This document shows, piece by piece, positions 62,266 through 64,000 of a DNA stretch of 64,000 nucleotides. The position numbers were made by a program, and so were the translations under genes. The DNA is from Negaprion brevirostris (taxonomy: Eukaryota). Within the stretch, counting starts at the first letter, position 1. Every line of letters begins with the position of its first letter. The stretch is from assembly GCA_030324005.1 (NCBI GenBank), contig JARDVH010000130.1, positions 34,631,341-34,695,340 on the forward strand. The letters run 5' to 3'. The notes under the pieces are model-generated. The model did no database searches. It was not told where the DNA came from and saw nothing but the letters and a program-made list of their open reading frames with translations.

Positions 62266-63629
62266 AGTTAATCTGGTCTGGCCTACATGTGACTCCAGAG
62301 CCACAGCAATGTGGTAGATTCACTTCCCTCAGGCAACTAGGGATGGGTAATAAATGCTGGCCAGCCAGTGACGCCCATGTCCCATGAATGAATGGAAATA
62401 ACACAGCATTTTTACTCGCTTTTATAATAGGACTCATTCTTATAAAAAGAGAAAAGCAAAATGATGCAAATACTGGAATAGTGAAACAGCAAGACAAAAT
62501 ACTGAAGATACTCAGCACAGCTGGAGATATATGTTGAAAGAAGATAAGTTAGTCAATGCTTCGCATGCAAGACATTCCTCACAATTGGGGATGTTGCATG
62601 CTGAACTGGCAAGCAGCAGAGGCCTCAGTCATCTGGAATTCTGGAAAAGTTGCAGGGATGCAGATCACTCCATCAGCACAACGGTGCATGCTCGTGCAAA
62701 TAAAGTGCATTCGAAGGGAGCACCTGGCAATAATTCTATATCATTTTATGACAATTTATCACAAACAAACATTCTCCTGGTAATTCAGGTCATTTTTGCA
62801 CTAATAAAATTTGAAATTTCCAATCATTTAGAGATGCAAACAGAGTCAAGAGATTCATATCTAAACAAAGAAAAATGCATTATAAATTAACAATGAATTT
62901 GGAGTGGACTGTTGAGGATAACCAATATATTCAGGATTATAAACCTTCTCACATCTCAAAAGGCAAGTTCAGCCCATGTTGAGTTGGAGAGAATGTACGC
63001 CACAATGTTAGTGACACAGGAGGTATTTCAGCTCTATTTCACAGGCACTCGACTGTAATAATTTAACAATCACCCACTGATTTTATACCATTGAGACCAC
63101 AGTTCACTAACTCACTCCACATCTGTTAAATGAATACCCCTGCTAACTGTATAACTCGCTTTGTTAAATGAGGTATGAAAATGATATTAGCAGGGATACA
63201 CAAGAATTAAATAAACCATGTAGTCTCTACAAGAGGCATCTCAGAACTGAAGCCCCGCTGAAGCTTTTGTTTTATAAATACACAGGCAGGAGCGACACAA
63301 TACATCTCCAACTATCACGATTAAGGGTGGTCAGTTCTTCATTCAGAATGATTTTTGTTTGAAGCTATATGTTTCAATATAATGTAACACCTAATTTACA
63401 GGTTAATTCACAAAGATACAATATTCTGCTTCCAAGTTATGTTGATAGAGTGCTATCTGAAAAATAGGGGACCAGGTGCTGCAGTGGGGACTCATGAAAA
63501 TAAATCAGCCATTGAAAGCATTCGCCATAACAATCAGTCTCAGTAGGGGAATTGGCACCACAGTTCAGACAGTTCCAGTAACATTAGCCAGTTGACCGGC
63601 AGCTCAACCGGGCACTGTCTGGACTGAGT

Positions 63630-64000
63630 TTAAAAGCTTAAAAATTGGCAAATCATGTTGCAGCTTTATAGAACCTTAGTTAGGCTGCACTTGGAATATA
63701 GTTTTCAATGCTGGCGCCACACGACCAGAAGGATGCAGAGGCTTTGGAGAAGATAGTGAAAAGATTTACCAGGATGTTGCCTGATATGGGGGATATTAGC
63801 TATGAGGAGAGGTTGAAGAAGTGTGGGTTTCTTCTCACTGGAACGATGGAGGTGTGTGGGGCAGGAGCAATGTAGATAGTCAGAAGCTTTTTCTCAGGGT
63901 GGAAGAGTCAATTACGGGGACTTCTTTGTTTAAAGAATGTGGTCGTGCCGGGAACTCATGCGCAGGCGGGGTGGTGGGGGTGGTAGTAGTGGATGCAGAT
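63630..64000 (+). mobile_element. CR1 3' fragment
   Basis: MLQLYRTLVRLHLEYS..KDAEALE..RFTRMLP..SYEERLKK. Confidence 0.85.

Larger units (their letters stand above)
36705..64000 (-). other. SND1: SND1 intron upstream of the exon (>27 kb, runs off the window)
   Basis: AG acceptor at 36706-36705. The expected previous exon ([37 protein letters not shown]) was not found by eye. Confidence 0.8.

Noticed and set aside
1-64000. LRRC4 nested gene, snoRNA/miRNA genes, CRISPR arrays or prokaryotic systems
   Set aside because: No leucine-rich-repeat ORF, no recognisable small-RNA gene and no repeat-spacer array were seen. The sequence is vertebrate intron, and LRRC4 would be expected in a later intron, left of this window.

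Overview
Vertebrate genomic DNA, most likely a shark or other elasmobranch. This is inferred from abundant HE1-type V-SINEs, CR1/L2 LINEs and Penelope-like elements. The assembly is a gapped short-read one. The window lies inside the SND1 (Tudor-SN) gene on the minus strand. The only coding exon I can support is a 73-bp exon at 36632-36704 encoding (R)[24 protein letters not shown], which corresponds to human exon 14. Everything else is intron, largely filled with decayed transposons: CR1 and L2 LINEs, SINEs, a hAT transposase fossil, nested solo LTRs with intact 4-bp target-site duplications (TSDs), and Penelope GIY-YIG fragments. Most interesting observations: (1) a diverged ~0.6-kb-arm inverted repeat at 12024-14392 that no recognisable repeat explains; (2) several small fold-back elements with hammerhead-ribozyme-like cores, one bounded by a perfect 14-bp TSD; (3) a ~96-bp plant-type Ty3/Gypsy RT fragment next to a gap, probably contamination; (4) a pseudogene of a divergent histone H2B variant. 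None of the listed ORFs is a credible intact protein-coding gene. TE boundaries are approximate unless TSD coordinates are given, and family calls come from motif recognition, not database searches.
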